64,000 nt of DNA from Mobula hypostoma (taxonomy: Eukaryota), in assembly GCF_963921235.1 (NCBI RefSeq), contig NC_086107.1, forward strand, positions 112,160,001 to 112,224,000. Reading direction: 5' to 3'. Shown here in pieces: positions 61,660 through 64,000 of this stretch. A program made the translations under genes and the position numbers. A model generated the notes under the pieces. That model was given only the letters and a program-made list of their open reading frames with translations. It had not been told where the DNA came from and did not search any database. How positions within the stretch are numbered: position 1 is the stretch's first letter; the number at the start of each line of letters is the position of its first letter.

Positions 61660-62355
61660 TGACATTACACTCAGTGTCAGTAAGACCAAAGAACTGATTG
61701 TGGACTTCAGAAAGGCTAAGACGAGGAAACACACTCTAGTCCTCATAGAGGGAGCAATATCAAGTTCCTGGGTGTCAAGATCTCTGAGGATCTAACCTGG
61801 ACACAACATATCGATGCAGCTACAAAGAAGGCAAGACAGCAGCTATATTTCATTTGGAGGAGATTTGGTTTGTCACCAAAAACACTTGCAAACATCTATA
61901 GATGTGCTGTGGAGAGCATTCTAACTGGCTGCATCACCGTCTGGTATGCGGGGGTCGGGGAGGGAGCTACTGCACAGGATCATAATAAGTTGCAGAGAGT
62001 TGTAAACTTAGTCAGCTCCATCATGGGTACCAGCCTCCGTAGCATCCAGGACATCTTCAAGGAACGATGCCTCAAAAAGGTGGCATCCATCATTAAGGGC
62101 CCCCACCACCCAGGACATGCCCTCTTCTCATTGTTACCATCAGGAAGGTTCTTCCGCTCTGCCATCCGATTCCTAAATGGACATTGAACCCTTGAACACT
62201 ACCTCACTACTTTTTTGCTCTACTTATTTAATTTAACTATTTAATATAAATATACACTTACTGTAATTCACAGATCTTTTTCTCTATGCTACCATTGTAC
62301 TGCAGCTGCAAAATTAACAAAATTTCATGACGTGCTGGTGATATTAAACCTGAAT
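61660..62355 (+). mobile_element. Degenerate Rex1/Babar-type LINE 3' fragment
   Basis: IYRCAVESILTGCITVWY…HHPGHALFSLLPSGR. Similar old pieces at ~11695-12100, 38155-38730, 40815-41975 and 49690-50235. Confidence 0.82.
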
Positions 62356-64000
62356 TCTAAATCAGATTTAGAATTGAGATCTAATTCTAAATCTCAAATA
62401 TATATTTCACACTGAGCTGACCTTTTAAACAATTACCTTACCTTTACACATATAAGCAGACCTCCCCTGATTATGACAGCGGTTAATCAAAAACGTATTT
62501 TTGCTTAAGTACCAGACTATAGAAATGGATTATTTTCAATTTGGCTTGTCTATACAGGGGATCAAACTCACTGAGGTCTTGGTCGTGGGCAGCCTTTGAT
62601 AGGATGCAAGGATATTGCAGAAACTCATCTCTGCTCCAAGCGCATTAGCATTTTTCCCCTCTTTCCGCATGACCCTTTAAATCGATGGAAATGATTTAAA
62701 GGGAAATAGCATTAAAATATGATCTGAAAATTCAATTAAAAGCACTTACAAATCAGTGTAACCAATACAATGGAACAATTGTCTCTTAACGATAATGCCT
62801 TCTCTGTTCCTCAGGCCAAGAATCCCCACTGAAGTGAGAGGGAAGTTGCCAAGCCCTATCGGCATCAGAGGAGACTGATGGCCCCCGTTTGGCACAGTAA
62901 GTTCTGGAGTTGCTGCAGATCGACGCGAAGCCAGCACTGGTGTAGGAGTGGGTACAGCCTGCACCCATTTCTTATCATGCTTGATATGTTATTCCCCTGG
63001 TATTGTGGCACGGAGGCAGGGTTGGCGAAATGCTTCACAGCTCCAACGACCCGGGTTCAATTCCCGCCGCTGTCTGTACCCGGGACTGCATGGGTTTCCT
63101 CCGGGTGCTCCAGTTTCTACCCAAAGGCATGCAGGTCAGCATTAGGGCGTGCCGTGTTGGCACCAGAGACACGGCGACGCTTACGGACTGTCCCCGTCGG
63201 AATGATGAAACTCACGCAGTCGTGGGGAGAAAGTACAAACCCTGTACAGACGGTGCCGGAAGTGAACCCTGGACCCCAACGCCCAGAACTGTAATAGCGT
63301 TACATTAGCCACTGTACTACCTTGGCACACCCGTTTGGTATCATGCTTGGCACAGACAAATGGTCAAAGTGCCCGTTCCTGTGCTGTATTTTCTTGTGTT
63401 CTAAAGGTAGAAAATTCTTGGAGGGCTTGCTGGGGTGGGGGGTGGTGCTCAAAATAATGAGTTAGGCCACTTGGGTCTAAAATTTAAAAAAAAACACCCA
63501 TGCACAGAACGGTGGATCTTTAGAATTCTCTACTCTGGAAGGTTGTGGAGGCTGCCTTTGAAACCAAGATGATTTAATTTTTCAATATTAGAGGAACTGA
63601 ATGTGAAAGGATTGTTCATGAATGTAGAAAATCAGTGAGGGTGATACTGAATGACTGAGTAGGCTGCAGGAGCCAAATGCCCTTCGCTCCTGTTTCATTC
63701 ACTGATGTGAATGCTGCAGCTTGGCAGTGTTGTGTTTGACTGCCCTCTGCTGGAGAGCTTGGGGTGAGCAGCTTTTCTCAAAAAAAAACTACATGTGATC
63801 CTGTCGAAGTGTAGTCACAGGAGATAGGGTGATCAATGATATACACTCAGCAATCTCCCACAAGCAGCAATGTGATTATAACAAATTTCACAACATATGC
63901 TAGTGACATTCAACCTGATTCTGAGGATGGCTCTCAGGAGGCTGGTTGGAGGCTCGAAGTTTTCAGATGAATGGACTCAGTGTCGGCTGTGGTCGGCTGC

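Overview
Eukaryotic (vertebrate) genomic DNA. The repeat content (CR1, Rex1/Babar, Penelope-like, RTE and HE1-type tRNA SINEs) suggests a cartilaginous fish, probably a ray; this is an inference. The window holds almost the whole TBC1D17 gene (Rab-GAP) on the + strand: 16 coding exons from 2256 to the stop at 56729, all with GT-AG boundaries and compatible phases, giving 655 aa. The short first coding exon was not found and is probably upstream. A 3' UTR probably extends to about 60010. The introns are dense with nested transposable elements. The most unusual observation is a 178-bp piece of another gene (ZFTRAF1/CYHR1 N-terminus) that is exactly circularly permuted and inserted into a non-autonomous RTE-like element at 30543-30720, as expected from integration of a circular RNA or circular DNA. 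Other notable items: young, TSD-flanked ~100-bp Penelope-derived insertions carrying minimal hammerhead ribozymes; inverted SINEs bracketing the in-frame LIR-bearing exon; and DNA transposon derivatives with three TIRs. Gene and family assignments come from recalled sequence motifs, not from database searches. Repeat boundaries without a TSD are approximate.
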